42,808 bases of DNA, taken from IMG/VR virus record IMGVR_UViG_3300025164_001013, positions 1-42,808 of that record; one strand, 5' to 3'. The notes below the pieces were generated by a model. The model had not been told where the DNA came from, made no database searches, and saw nothing but the letters and a program-made list of their open reading frames with translations. The stretch's first letter is position 1. Every line of letters begins with the position of its first letter. Source of the stretch: a virus. The position numbers and the translations under genes are program-made. Below, one piece after another: positions 1 to 9,176 of the stretch.

Positions 1-217
1 ATGCGCCGGCCAGCAGCCTCACGACCGTGAGCGTCGCCGCGCCCTCCGAGCGCGTCGAGCATGCGCCGGCCAGCAGCTTCACGTCGCCCACGACGACCCT
101 GGTGCCGCGCGTGCGCCACACGCGGTCGCGCAGCGCAGACGCCATCTGCACGAGCGTCCCGATCGTCGGCGGACCGGAGGACCGAAACGGTCTGTGCCGG
201 TAGATCTGCGCCGCCAT
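1..217 (-). CDS. 5' part of tail-fibre-like gene X, running off the window start; joins in frame to 41940..42808 if the record is circular
   Basis: ATG at 217..215, 9 nt after the stop of 227..655. High-GC3 frame giving MAAQIYRHRPF...GDVKLLAGACSTRSEGAATL. The codon phase continues exactly across coordinate 1 into the open frame at 42808. Confidence 0.4.
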   Translation of the reverse strand, partial: MAAQIYRHRPFRSSGPPTIGTLVQMASALRDRVWRTRGTRVVVGDVKLLAGACSTRSEGAATLTVVRLLAGA

Positions 218-226
218 GCTCGCGCC

Positions 227-655
227 TCAGGTGAGCAGTCGCGACGTGAGCGCTCCGGCCTCGAATCGAGCAATGTTGCCGGTCGTGATCACCCGCGAGG
301 TTTCGAGCGCACCGCGCCCGACAAAGTTCGCCTCCGTGCGAGTGGTTGCATGACGAAACAGACCGAAGTGGGTGATCGACGCTCCGCTCGACCATGATCC
401 AGTAGCAGCGGCGAACTCGATCTCAGTTGCGTTCGCGACCACGCATGGGTCCGCATCCGTTGCGACCGACCAGTCGGAGGCCGACGTGGCCTTGGCGGCA
501 TAGCCGGAGCCCGTCACCTCGTTGGCGGCTTGGCCGTCGCTGCCTGGGTCGCCCGTATGGAGCGACACCCAGAGCACTCCAGCGGGTGTGGTGGGAGAGC
601 CCTTGCCGAACAGCCAGTTGAGCAAGTGTCCCATCGTGAGTTTGCCTAGCGACAT
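227..655 (-). CDS. Small conserved phage virion protein, tail-fibre associated
   Basis: 142-aa ORF with high GC3. Pattern LLNWLFG...VSLHTGDPG...EVTGSGYA...ITHFGLF recalls a small phage structural family encoded beside fibres. Family name not recalled with certainty. Confidence 0.55.
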   Translation of the reverse strand: MSLGKLTMGHLLNWLFGKGSPTTPAGVLWVSLHTGDPGSDGQAANEVTGSGYAAKATSASDWSVATDADPCVVANATEIEFAAATGSWSSGASITHFGLFRHATTRTEANFVGRGALETSRVITTGNIARFEAGALTSRLLT

Positions 656-659
656 TTGT

Positions 660-1067
660 TCATTCTCCTACGCGCATGGTGACAGCCAGCAACGAGCCAG
701 CGCCAGCAATGGCGCATAACAGATATATCCACCGGTGCCACGCGGGCACCCTCAACGCTCGCTCGAGTCCTGTGATGCGCTCCAGCAGCTCTGTCTTGAC
801 CTCGCTCAAGCGCTCGAAGATTTCGCGACGCTGCGCGCCGAGGTCAGTGTCGAGGTCGCTGATCGTCTTGCGTAAGGCGATCGTAGCCGCGCGCACCCCC
901 AAGCGATCGCCCTCGCCGTCGAGCTCGCGGAGCAACCGATCGACCTTGGCTTCGACGTACCCGATGGAGCGGTGCAGCTCGCCGGCTGTGGGCTCGTGGT
1001 GTTGCGTCATCGCGCGCGGGTTCGGGTCGGTCTGCGCTTTCGCAAAGCGGTCATCGCGCATGCTCAT
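660..1067 (-). CDS. Coiled-coil protein with C-terminal transmembrane anchor
   Basis: ATG at 1067 forms an ATGA overlap with the stop of 1064..1555. Heptad-like central region and terminal hydrophobic helix WIYLLCAIAGAGSLLAV. The Arg-rich 23-codon upstream extension in the ORF track is rejected. Confidence 0.5.
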   Translation of the reverse strand: MSMRDDRFAKAQTDPNPRAMTQHHEPTAGELHRSIGYVEAKVDRLLRELDGEGDRLGVRAATIALRKTISDLDTDLGAQRREIFERLSEVKTELLERITGLERALRVPAWHRWIYLLCAIAGAGSLLAVTMRVGE

Positions 1068-1555
1068 GGCGCCTCCGTCATGAGTTCGTCGGCCGTCGGC
1101 ACCACGAGCTCGGCACCGTCTGGACTTGCTCCGCATAGGCCATCGAGGAGTGGACCGGACCTGATGCCCACCGGCCTCACGAGCGCGTACATGACATCGA
1201 GAGCGCGACGCATCTCCGTCTTGGCGGCCGCGAGATCGCCGCGCTCAATGGACTCACGTCCTCGAGAGGCATGCTGAAGCGCGGAAGCTGCGCCGCGCAC
1301 GCGCTCGAGCGAGCCGGTGATCGAGGCATCGGCGCGATCGCCGATGAAGCGCTCGATCGCGTCCACCCAGGTGAGGACCTCGCTCGCCATGGCGTTTGCG
1401 GTTACTAGCTGGGGCAGCTCTCCGGCACATGCTGGGCACGAGAGTGCAAGCATCAGCGCGGCGCTCACCTGCGCGAGCGGCGGCCAGGACGACAGCGCGT
1501 AGATGCCCACGGCGAGGGCGGTCGTGGCTAGCTGTCCGATTCGATGAAGCGACAC
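1064..1555 (-). CDS. Membrane protein (two N-terminal hydrophobic helices), function unknown
   Basis: 163-aa ORF. Helices LATTALAVGIYAL and VSAALMLALSCPA. Translationally coupled to the next gene. Confidence 0.5.
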   Translation of the reverse strand: MSLHRIGQLATTALAVGIYALSSWPPLAQVSAALMLALSCPACAGELPQLVTANAMASEVLTWVDAIERFIGDRADASITGSLERVRGAASALQHASRGRESIERGDLAAAKTEMRRALDVMYALVRPVGIRSGPLLDGLCGASPDGAELVVPTADELMTEAP

Positions 1556-1562
1556 GCGGCTC

Positions 1563-2852
1563 CTATGGCTTTGGCAGACGCATCGGTCCGCGTGAGGTGG
1601 GCAGGATCACGTAGGTGTTCTCTGCGTCGGTACCGCCCACCAGAACGTTGCGGTTGCCGTCGGTCGCTGACGCGGGCCACTTGTATCGATCCGGCAGCCG
1701 CAGCGCAGCGCGCCAGCTCACGCCGAGATCGAAGCTCGCCAGCAACCAATCCTGCGAGGTGTCTTCGTCGCGAGCGATGCAAGTCGTGACGCCGTTGCTG
1801 TGGCAGAGGCCCGATGCGTAGTAGAACGCGGGCGCGCGGCTCTGCTCGCCGTCGTAGCGCGCACCGACCTCGATCTGCGCGACCGACCATGTCTCGCCGG
1901 CGTCCTCGCTGCGCCAGAGCTGCCCGTTCAGCGTCGTGACGAGCACGACCGGGGAGGGCTCGCCCTCACCCTCGTCCCAGCACCAGCACGCGCTCGAGAT
2001 CCCGACCAGGCCGGGCTCGACCGTAGCTTGCGTCCAGGTCTCCCCATCGTCGTCGCTGTATTGTGCCCGTCCGCTACCGCCGCTATCGGTGCCGAGCGCC
2101 AGGATGCGAGTGCCGAGCGCAAGCACCCTCGAGAAGCCTCCCGTGAGTCCGCCGCCAAACGCGACGGGGGTGAGGCTCTCCCAGGTCTCGCCGTCGTCCG
2201 TGCCGCGTTGCAGCACCGGCGACTCGGTTGTCGACACGCCGACCGCGCACCAGATGTTGCCGTTCCACACCACGTCCGTCAGGAAGCCCGGCGCTGGTGA
2301 GGTGTCGGGTGATGGGTTGGTGAAATCAGTGCCGGTGAGTGAGTTGGCCGGCACCGTGCGGATGCGCCCCTCGAGCACGCTCGCGCTCACGTAGCCGACG
2401 AAGATCAGCTTGCGGTCGCCGAAATCCCCCGCGCCTCCATGCGCGATGCCGCGCGCAATCATGCCCGTGAGCACGGTAGAGGTCCATTCGTCGCCGTACA
2501 GGCTGCGGCACAAGAGACCTTGGGTGGAGCTGTTTTTCCCGACCGCGGCGAACATGCCGGTCTTACTGGCACCAGCGCCCGGCCCATAGCAGACATCGTC
2601 CAGCATCGTTGTCGTACCGCTCACCACCACGCTGGTCGCGATGTCGAGCTGCGGAAGGTAGAGGTTCGCCTCGAGGAACCGCAGCCACCTTGCGTGGTGC
2701 TGCTGGAACCAGTTGAAGTAGCCGGCTGGCGGTCGATAGCCGTTGGGGTATCCGCGATTTTTGAGCAGCTCGGTCGGCTCGACGGCTCCCGGATATCCAG
2801 CGGCCGCCTCATCGGCGAACCGCGGCAGCTCCTCTGGTCGTTTCTCGCTCAT
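1563..2852 (-). CDS. Tail fibre / receptor-binding protein with BNR (Asp-box) beta-propeller
   Basis: 429 aa. Four S-x-D-x-G-x-T-W Asp boxes (TDDGETW, SDDDGETW, SEDAGETW, SFDLGVSW). Lies directly after the baseplate wedge genes. Confidence 0.75.
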   Translation of the reverse strand: MSEKRPEELPRFADEAAAGYPGAVEPTELLKNRGYPNGYRPPAGYFNWFQQHHARWLRFLEANLYLPQLDIATSVVVSGTTTMLDDVCYGPGAGASKTGMFAAVGKNSSTQGLLCRSLYGDEWTSTVLTGMIARGIAHGGAGDFGDRKLIFVGYVSASVLEGRIRTVPANSLTGTDFTNPSPDTSPAPGFLTDVVWNGNIWCAVGVSTTESPVLQRGTDDGETWESLTPVAFGGGLTGGFSRVLALGTRILALGTDSGGSGRAQYSDDDGETWTQATVEPGLVGISSACWCWDEGEGEPSPVVLVTTLNGQLWRSEDAGETWSVAQIEVGARYDGEQSRAPAFYYASGLCHSNGVTTCIARDEDTSQDWLLASFDLGVSWRAALRLPDRYKWPASATDGNRNVLVGGTDAENTYVILPTSRGPMRLPKP

Positions 2853-2862
2853 GTCACCTCGC

Positions 2863-3459
2863 TCATGTCACCTCGCCATCGCTCACGCTGGCGAGCGCGC
2901 CGTAGGTCAGCCCGCGCCCGAGGTCATCGAAGACTTCGGTGCCGTCATCCGAGAACGCGAACACCTCGTCGATAGGTTCGCTGAACCACTCGAGCAGGCC
3001 ACGCACGCCAGCCGCGCGCGCGCGCTGCAAGATCTTCGCGATCTCGACACCGTCCAACTCCGTGATCGGCTCCTGCACATCGATCGTGAAGGCCGCCGGC
3101 GGCTCTTCACGAAGCTCCAGGTCCTTGCCCTCGACGAGCTTCTCGACGATAGCGATCACCTGCTCGGCTAGTCCGCTCGAGCGGTTGACCATGACCCTCG
3201 CCGCGATCCAGATCCGGTAGGATTCGTCGCCGCGCCCCTGGCGAGGCTGCCCGACGATGCGACCGAGGCGATCGAGCTGCACGCCTGCTGCGAGCGGCAG
3301 CTGCGTACGCACCAGCACGTCCCACAGGGCGTCCTCGATCTCCTGCACCTGCTTGAGCAAGCTGCTCAACAGAGCCTCGAAGACCGGCAGCCCGCGGAAC
3401 TGCGCGAGCGGCAGCCGCAACCCGTCCTCGACGTGGTTGTCGACGCGGGCCAGCGTCAT
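2863..3459 (-). CDS. Baseplate wedge protein (P2 gpI / DUF2612-like)
   Basis: ATG at 3459 in ATGA overlap with the stop of the J-like gene. Position immediately after baseplate J. The upstream 59 codons of the tracked ORF are Arg-rich and rejected. Confidence 0.55.
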   Translation of the reverse strand: MTLARVDNHVEDGLRLPLAQFRGLPVFEALLSSLLKQVQEIEDALWDVLVRTQLPLAAGVQLDRLGRIVGQPRQGRGDESYRIWIAARVMVNRSSGLAEQVIAIVEKLVEGKDLELREEPPAAFTIDVQEPITELDGVEIAKILQRARAAGVRGLLEWFSEPIDEVFAFSDDGTEVFDDLGRGLTYGALASVSDGEVT

Positions 3460-4679
3460 GCCGGGCTCCCGTTCAGCGTGATTCGGAAGCGGTCGTCCTC
3501 TGCCTCGGTGCTCAGCCTCGCGTACTGCGTTGGTCCGATCGCGACCGACGCCACACCGGTCGAGCCAGCCGTGACCTCGGTCTCGCCAATCCCGACGACG
3601 GCATCGAGCACGCCCGGCACATTCAGCACCGCGCACAGCACGCGCGACCGGAACGCGTCGTCGCCGAGCCCCCAGTAGCCGTTGCGCTCGGGCGTGTGCA
3701 CGGCTGCTCGAACGGCGTCGCGGAGCACGAGCCCGCTCACGCCCGCTCCGACCTCGACCGTTGCCGCGATGCCGACCCAGATCTCAACCAAGCTCGAAGG
3801 CGTGTAGCGCACCGTCTGCTCGTCGCCCTGCGAGTCCTGCACCTCGATCTCTTCCTCGCCGTGCGAGTAGATGCCAGCCGGCTTGTTGCTCCAGATCGAG
3901 TGGCCGATCGTCGTCGCGAGCCCTTCGCCCTCGCCCTGCACGGTCGCTTCGAAGCTGTGAGGTGGTAGCCCGGTCTGGAAATCGAACATGTGCGAGGTGT
4001 TCTCTCTCACCACCGCGTCCTCGACGTCGTCGAGCGCAATCAGGTCGGCGCGGATGCCGTCGACGGTGCCGCCACCCGCTTGCGCGAGCTCGGCCTCGCG
4101 GCGCGCGCGGAACAGCACGTCGGACTCGGGCGTGCTGTCGCCGAGCTCGGCGTCGAGCACGTTCGTGGCCGCGTTCCAGCCGCCGACCGATGTCTCGATC
4201 ACCGTGAGGGTCTCGGCGTTAGCAACGATTGGGCCGGGCGACTCGGCTTCCGCCGCGACATCATAGTCGCCGGCGCCGATCGACGTCACGGACTCGAGCG
4301 TGATGAAGCGCGCGCCGGGGTTGCCGTCGACGCTCACCACACTGCCGGCCGGCACCGTCGTCGCCGCATCGAGAGCGAGCGTGAGTTCCACGGTGCTGCG
4401 CTCGGCGTCCTTGCGGATCGAGCCCGTCAGCGCCGCGATAGCGTCGAGCTGCGCTGCCTCGGCCTGGTCCGGATCGCCCGCGGCGTAGACCGATTCTGCG
4501 AGCTCCCACAGCTCAGAGAGCTTGCGGGCCATCACGCCGTTCATTTGGCCCAGCACCGAGTGCGCCGACACGTCGAGCGTCGGGTCTATCGTGGCCTTCT
4601 GGTCGGCCTCAATCTCCGCGAGGATCACGGCGAGCGGCTTGCGACTGAAGCCTGTGTCGGTGACGCCGTAAGTGGGCAC
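3456..4679 (-). CDS. Baseplate J-like wedge protein
   Basis: 407 aa. N-terminus MPTYGVTDTGFSRKPL..IL.EIE and overall pattern typical of the Baseplate_J family. Synteny spike-J-I-fibre. Confidence 0.8.
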   Translation of the reverse strand: MPTYGVTDTGFSRKPLAVILAEIEADQKATIDPTLDVSAHSVLGQMNGVMARKLSELWELAESVYAAGDPDQAEAAQLDAIAALTGSIRKDAERSTVELTLALDAATTVPAGSVVSVDGNPGARFITLESVTSIGAGDYDVAAEAESPGPIVANAETLTVIETSVGGWNAATNVLDAELGDSTPESDVLFRARREAELAQAGGGTVDGIRADLIALDDVEDAVVRENTSHMFDFQTGLPPHSFEATVQGEGEGLATTIGHSIWSNKPAGIYSHGEEEIEVQDSQGDEQTVRYTPSSLVEIWVGIAATVEVGAGVSGLVLRDAVRAAVHTPERNGYWGLGDDAFRSRVLCAVLNVPGVLDAVVGIGETEVTAGSTGVASVAIGPTQYARLSTEAEDDRFRITLNGSPA

Positions 4680-4730
4680 GCTCGATCCTCTGCGAGCAAC
4701 GTACCGGCGGCTGAGGAGGCCCGGACCCCT

Positions 4731-5411
4731 CTAGGTGGCCTTGACCTTCGAGGCTGCGACGCTGCCCGCGGGAGTCAGCACGGCCGCGTCCCATGCAATC
4801 TTCGCGGCAGCGAAGGCCTCCGAGCCGGTGGCGCCGACTCCTGTGCCTAGCATCGTCGAGATCGCAGAATGCACCTTGCCCGCGAGCGCGACCGCATCAT
4901 CTGCCGACACGTCGCCGAGGTGCACGTAGTCCTCGTCGATCGCGATCGCTGGGCCGTCCTCGCGGCGGAGCACGAGCTTGCCCGATGGTTGCGCGCCGAG
5001 CTTGTTGGGCTCGGCCGGTGACAGCGCCGGGATCGCGTACGCGCCCGAGAGCCCGTGCGTCCGCAGGTCCTTCTGCCGGTGGATCTTCCCGTCGCCGATG
5101 AAGGCTTCGAGCGAGCATTCCGAAAACATCACCCACACGAAGTCGCCCGGGGCGAGCGGCAGGTGCACGAAGTAGCCGCCGCCGGCGGGATGTCCGATCG
5201 GCACGTCGCGCAGCTTCGGCAGCTGCTCGTGCGTGGTGGTGCCGTCGCGCTTCGGCAGCGCCAGCTCGATCTGGATCTCGACGTCGGCAACCTGACGCGC
5301 GGAGTCGTACGAGACGATGCGACCGGGCAGCGCGGTGTGGAGCGAGCGCCGGAAGGCCTCGAGTGCGGAGCGGATCACCTCGGTGAGGGTGGGGGTGGTG
5401 CCTGCCGTCAT
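4731..5411 (-). CDS. Baseplate central spike (Gp138 N-terminal / gpV / Mu gp45-like)
   Basis: 226 aa. LPGRIVSYD....ADVE motif and OB-fold-like N-terminus typical of Gp138_N spikes. Overlaps the hub gene stop by 4 nt. Confidence 0.65.
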   Translation of the reverse strand: MTAGTTPTLTEVIRSALEAFRRSLHTALPGRIVSYDSARQVADVEIQIELALPKRDGTTTHEQLPKLRDVPIGHPAGGGYFVHLPLAPGDFVWVMFSECSLEAFIGDGKIHRQKDLRTHGLSGAYAIPALSPAEPNKLGAQPSGKLVLRREDGPAIAIDEDYVHLGDVSADDAVALAGKVHSAISTMLGTGVGATGSEAFAAAKIAWDAAVLTPAGSVAASKVKAT

Positions 5412-6283
5412 ACCGATTTGCCCTCGCAGTCGACGTACCAGGGGCCGCCGTGTGTGTCGCCCAGGTAGGTGGCCTGCTCGACGCGATAGCGTCCTTGCGC
5501 GTGCGCGGCCTCGAGCTCGACGGCGCGGCCGGGGAAGATGTCGGGCTGCAGCAGCGCACGGAACTTGATCAAGCCGTCGCTGGCCGGCTCGGGGCTGCCG
5601 ATCAAGCCGGTGCCCGGGCCCAGCACGATGGCGCCGGCCCGCAGCGGCTTGCCCTGCTCGAGCATCTGCAGCTCGCCATCCTGCACCGACACCTGCAGGC
5701 CGAACGAGCGAGAGAGCTTCTGCAGCTCCTGCATGGCGTTGCCGGCGATCGCGAGCGGGCCGGCCGTCTGGTCGAAAAGCAGCTTGCCGTTCAGCTCCCC
5801 GAAGGCGTTGCCGGCAGACAAACCGGTCTTTTTGATCAGCGCATCGAAGACCTGCATCAAGCGCACGCCGGGCCGGAACGAAAGGCTGGCGCGGTTGCTG
5901 CGCTGCTCCTGCTCGGAGTCGCCGCTAGACAGCACCGTCACCCAGTCCGGCCCCTCGCGGTAGCTGTAGGCCTGGCGCATCTGTCCGAGGAAGATCTTCG
6001 GCAGCGTCGACTCCGTGGGCTCGAGCCCGATGCCGGCCAGTGCCGCGTTCACGTCGGGCGCGACCTCCGGCGCCGCGTAGCCGGCCTCGAGCTGCACGAC
6101 TGCCCCGCCTGCCTCCTGCAGCTCTTTGCGGTGGTCGCCGTTCAGGTTCGTGACCCGGATTTCGGCCGTGTTGGGCTCGGGCTCGAGCGACTTGTCGACC
6201 TCGAAGGTGACGCGCAGCCGCTCGAGCACGAGGCTCCCCACCGTGACCCGGCAGGCGCGCCGAAAGAGCTGCTGAGCGGCCAC
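5408..6283 (-). CDS. Baseplate hub protein (gpD / Mu gp44 / XkdQ-like)
   Basis: 291 aa. Position between plug and spike. Sequence pattern resembles XkdQ/late-control-D type hubs. Confidence 0.5.
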   Translation of the reverse strand: MAAQQLFRRACRVTVGSLVLERLRVTFEVDKSLEPEPNTAEIRVTNLNGDHRKELQEAGGAVVQLEAGYAAPEVAPDVNAALAGIGLEPTESTLPKIFLGQMRQAYSYREGPDWVTVLSSGDSEQEQRSNRASLSFRPGVRLMQVFDALIKKTGLSAGNAFGELNGKLLFDQTAGPLAIAGNAMQELQKLSRSFGLQVSVQDGELQMLEQGKPLRAGAIVLGPGTGLIGSPEPASDGLIKFRALLQPDIFPGRAVELEAAHAQGRYRVEQATYLGDTHGGPWYVDCEGKSV

Positions 6284-6286
6284 GCG

Positions 6287-6628
6287 TTAGCCCCCCGGGT
6301 TCTGCAGCGCGAGCTCCTCTACGTCGACGTAGACCAGCTGCACGCGCGTGCCGAGGTCGTCGAGCGTGGGCGGCAGCATGCTGCCCGTCGCGTCGACCGC
6401 CACCAGCGAGCCGGGCGGGCGACGCGTGCCCCGCACACGCCGCAAGAGCGGCCAGTCGAGCACGAGCTTGCACCGGTGGATGGACTCGCCGTGCTCGTCG
6501 GCCAGGCCGAGGTACCAACGGGCCTCGCGCTGATTCCATTGCAGCTCGAGCTGGTACTCGCGACCGTCGAGGCTCGTGCGCTGCGTGTAGTGGGGCACGC
6601 CAGGCGATAGCGGGATCAGGTGTGGCAT
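6287..6628 (-). CDS. Small baseplate plug-like protein
   Basis: 113 aa. The Y-x-L-x-L-x-W-N-x-R-x-x-x-W-Y-L pattern resembles plug proteins of minimal myophages. Synteny after the Dit-like gene. Confidence 0.45.
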   Translation of the reverse strand: MPHLIPLSPGVPHYTQRTSLDGREYQLELQWNQREARWYLGLADEHGESIHRCKLVLDWPLLRRVRGTRRPPGSLVAVDATGSMLPPTLDDLGTRVQLVYVDVEELALQNPGG

Positions 6629-7380
6629 CAGAACAGCCCTCCCGCCTCACCCAAGGCATGCAGAGCGCTCTGCTCTACCTCGACCGGCGGCTCTTTGGTC
6701 GTCTGCTTGCCCTTGCTGACCTGCTTCTCGGCGCGTGCCTCGGAGCTGGCGGGTGACCCCAGCGAGCTCTCGTTCACCTCGCGCTGCACGATCCGCACGT
6801 GCCGCAGCGACACCTGAAAGCGCAGCGAGGTGAAGGTGGTGACGTCTGCCGGCACGTCGAGGTCGGTGATGACCATGTCGGAATAATCGATCAGCGAGGT
6901 GTGGACGGTGACGAGCCGCCCTTGCTCTTTGATGGCCAGCAACTCGTTAAAGCAGTCCTTGACGCGGTCGAAGTCGGGATCGAAGCCGAGCACGCTCGCC
7001 TCACGCGACTCCTTGATGGCGAGCTCGCCGAGCGGTCCGACCCGCACGGCGGCCTCGCCAAGCCCAAACGGCAGTTTCGCGTTGACGGGGGGGACCTCGA
7101 CGGTCGTGATTACCGGGCGGGTGCCGTTCGCGTGCGACTCCGGGGGCCGCACGGGCTTGTTGCTGATCACACAATCGAGCGTGATCTCGTCGGGCTGCGC
7201 CACCACGTGGTCCGTCACCTCGCTGCCGCTCTCGACCGGGTGCGTGGTCACCTCGGCCGTGAATCGATGCCGCTCGGACACCGTGCAGTCGATCCAGACG
7301 CCACCGATGTGGGCGTTTTTGCTCTTGAAGGTGACGCCCAGCCCAAGCGCATCACCAGCGAGCGCTGCGAGGTCGGGCAT
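6628..7380 (-). CDS. Dit-like distal tail / baseplate hub protein
   Basis: 250 aa. The motif EVTTHPVESGSEVTDHV is typical of the Dit-like N-terminal domain. Immediately downstream of the tape measure (1-nt overlap). Confidence 0.55.
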   Translation of the reverse strand: MPDLAALAGDALGLGVTFKSKNAHIGGVWIDCTVSERHRFTAEVTTHPVESGSEVTDHVVAQPDEITLDCVISNKPVRPPESHANGTRPVITTVEVPPVNAKLPFGLGEAAVRVGPLGELAIKESREASVLGFDPDFDRVKDCFNELLAIKEQGRLVTVHTSLIDYSDMVITDLDVPADVTTFTSLRFQVSLRHVRIVQREVNESSLGSPASSEARAEKQVSKGKQTTKEPPVEVEQSALHALGEAGGLF

Positions 7381-9176
7381 CAGTCGACCTCCTCGCTCAG
7401 CGCTTCTTTGGCGTCGCGCAGCGCGCGCCCGAGCCCTTCCTCGGCGGCACGCCCGATCGCAGGCGCATCCTTGGGCGAGGCGTTGATCGTGGTGTTGGCG
7501 ATCACCTTCTGCTCTACAACTCGGGGCGAGACAGAAGGGGCACGCAGGGCGAGAGGCACGCCGCCGCCGAGGTGAGAGCGCAGGGACGAAGGCCCTGCGC
7601 CTCTGCCACCCGTGGCGCCGGTAAAGACGTCGACCACGGCTTTGCGCATCGCACCCCAGACGCCGCCGACAGTCTCAACGATCGCCCCGGAGACGGCCTG
7701 TACCACCGCCTGTTCCGCTACGGCTCTCACGTCCGTGCCAGTGTTGATGATCGGGCGTGTCCCTTGAACAGGTAGCTGCGGTCGCACAACCGGGCTAGCC
7801 GGGCTAGGCGGCTCGAGCTTCGGCCTCTCGCCCGTCTTCGGCAGCAGCTTGTCGATCAGCGCTCCGATGATCGGCAGGTCCCTTAGGAAGTTCACGAAGT
7901 GCTTGTCGATCTCCGAAAACCACTGCTCTGCCTCGCGCACCAACCGCACGAACTCTTCGAGTCCGAGGTTCCAGTTGTCGAGAAAACGCTTGGACGAACC
8001 GAGCCCGAAGAGCTTGTCGACCACCTCGCCGATCACACTCTTGCCCCCTCGGAAGAACGTGATGATGTCGTCGACCGCGAGGCCAACCAGGAAGAGCACA
8101 GCCGCCAGCTTGGCGCCCGCCAGGATGGCAGGCAGGAACGGCGCCAGCATGACGATGCCCATCACGAGAGCGCTGGCCGCCAGCGCGCCGATCGCCACGA
8201 GCGCGAGGTTGCTGTTGCGCGCGAGGTCGCCGAAGCCGCGGGTGAGGTTGCGCACGACCGCCCAGAAGCGCTTGCCGATCGGCAAAAACTGCGTGCCGAT
8301 GCGAGTCATCAGGTCTTTGACCTGGTCCTTCGCGGCGCGCGAGGCGTTGGCGTACTCGTGCGCGGTGCGCGCGGCGTCACCCTGCGCCTTCACGGTGTTG
8401 GACAAGATGAATTGGTAGCGGAGCTCGGTCTTCTCCGCGACGTTCATCTCCTGCACCTTCTTGCGAATTCCCTGTGCGTGCGCGAACTCCTGCAGCGTCG
8501 CATCGAGCAGCACCACACCGAAGCGTCGGAGGGGCTCCGCCTCGCCCGCGAGCCCAGCGCGCAGCGCGATCAACGCATCTGATTCGGCCGTGTTGAAGAA
8601 GCTCGCGAGGTCGATCGCGAGCTTTGCGATCGTGGTCGACATCTCGGCCGCGGCCTCGCTCGAGCCCGTCATAGGCCGCAGCATCGCCCCCATGGTGGCC
8701 GCGAAGCCGCGCAGCGTGAACTCGCTGCGGCCGACCTCGACGCTCATGGTGCGGCTCCACTGCCGCACTTGATCGGCCTGCGCCTCGAACGACTGATCGA
8801 TCACGTTCTCGGTCTCGACCGCGTCGCTGGCCAGGTCGATCATTCCCGCGGCCGCGCGCCGCACGCCGTGCAGCAGCGCCACGCCACCGAAGAGGCCTAC
8901 TACGCCGTCGAGGTTGCCGCGCAGCCCGGCGAACATCCCGCCCGCGCGTTGCGCCTGCGCGCCAACGCCAGCGAGGCTCGAGCCCGCGGCCGCCGCAGCA
9001 CCACCTACGCCCATTAAGCGCCCGCGGGCGTCACGCAGGCGGCCGTTGGCGTCGCGCACCGCTACATCGGCCTGCTTGACGGTGTTGCGTATTTTTGCGT
9101 ATGCCGCGTCCGCACGCTGCACCGACGCGCCGTCCAGCTGGATGCCGAACAGCGCAATGAGCTCGCGGACGATCAC
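7380..9176 (-). CDS. Tail tape measure protein
   Basis: 598 aa, Ala/Gly-rich with central hydrophobic helices. Located after the G/G-T chaperone pair. GTG start in GTGA overlap with the stop of the T frame. Confidence 0.85.
   Translation of the reverse strand: MIVRELIALFGIQLDGASVQRADAAYAKIRNTVKQADVAVRDANGRLRDARGRLMGVGGAAAAAGSSLAGVGAQAQRAGGMFAGLRGNLDGVVGLFGGVALLHGVRRAAAGMIDLASDAVETENVIDQSFEAQADQVRQWSRTMSVEVGRSEFTLRGFAATMGAMLRPMTGSSEAAAEMSTTIAKLAIDLASFFNTAESDALIALRAGLAGEAEPLRRFGVVLLDATLQEFAHAQGIRKKVQEMNVAEKTELRYQFILSNTVKAQGDAARTAHEYANASRAAKDQVKDLMTRIGTQFLPIGKRFWAVVRNLTRGFGDLARNSNLALVAIGALAASALVMGIVMLAPFLPAILAGAKLAAVLFLVGLAVDDIITFFRGGKSVIGEVVDKLFGLGSSKRFLDNWNLGLEEFVRLVREAEQWFSEIDKHFVNFLRDLPIIGALIDKLLPKTGERPKLEPPSPASPVVRPQLPVQGTRPIINTGTDVRAVAEQAVVQAVSGAIVETVGGVWGAMRKAVVDVFTGATGGRGAGPSSLRSHLGGGVPLALRAPSVSPRVVEQKVIANTTINASPKDAPAIGRAAEEGLGRALRDAKEALSEEVD

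Noticed and set aside
79-273. 64-aa minus-strand ORF at the window start
   Set aside because: - It is Arg-rich and out of frame with the high-GC3 frame (codon starts equal 1 mod 3).
- That high-GC3 frame encodes the conserved LLAGACSTRSEGAATL junction and continues across the window edge.
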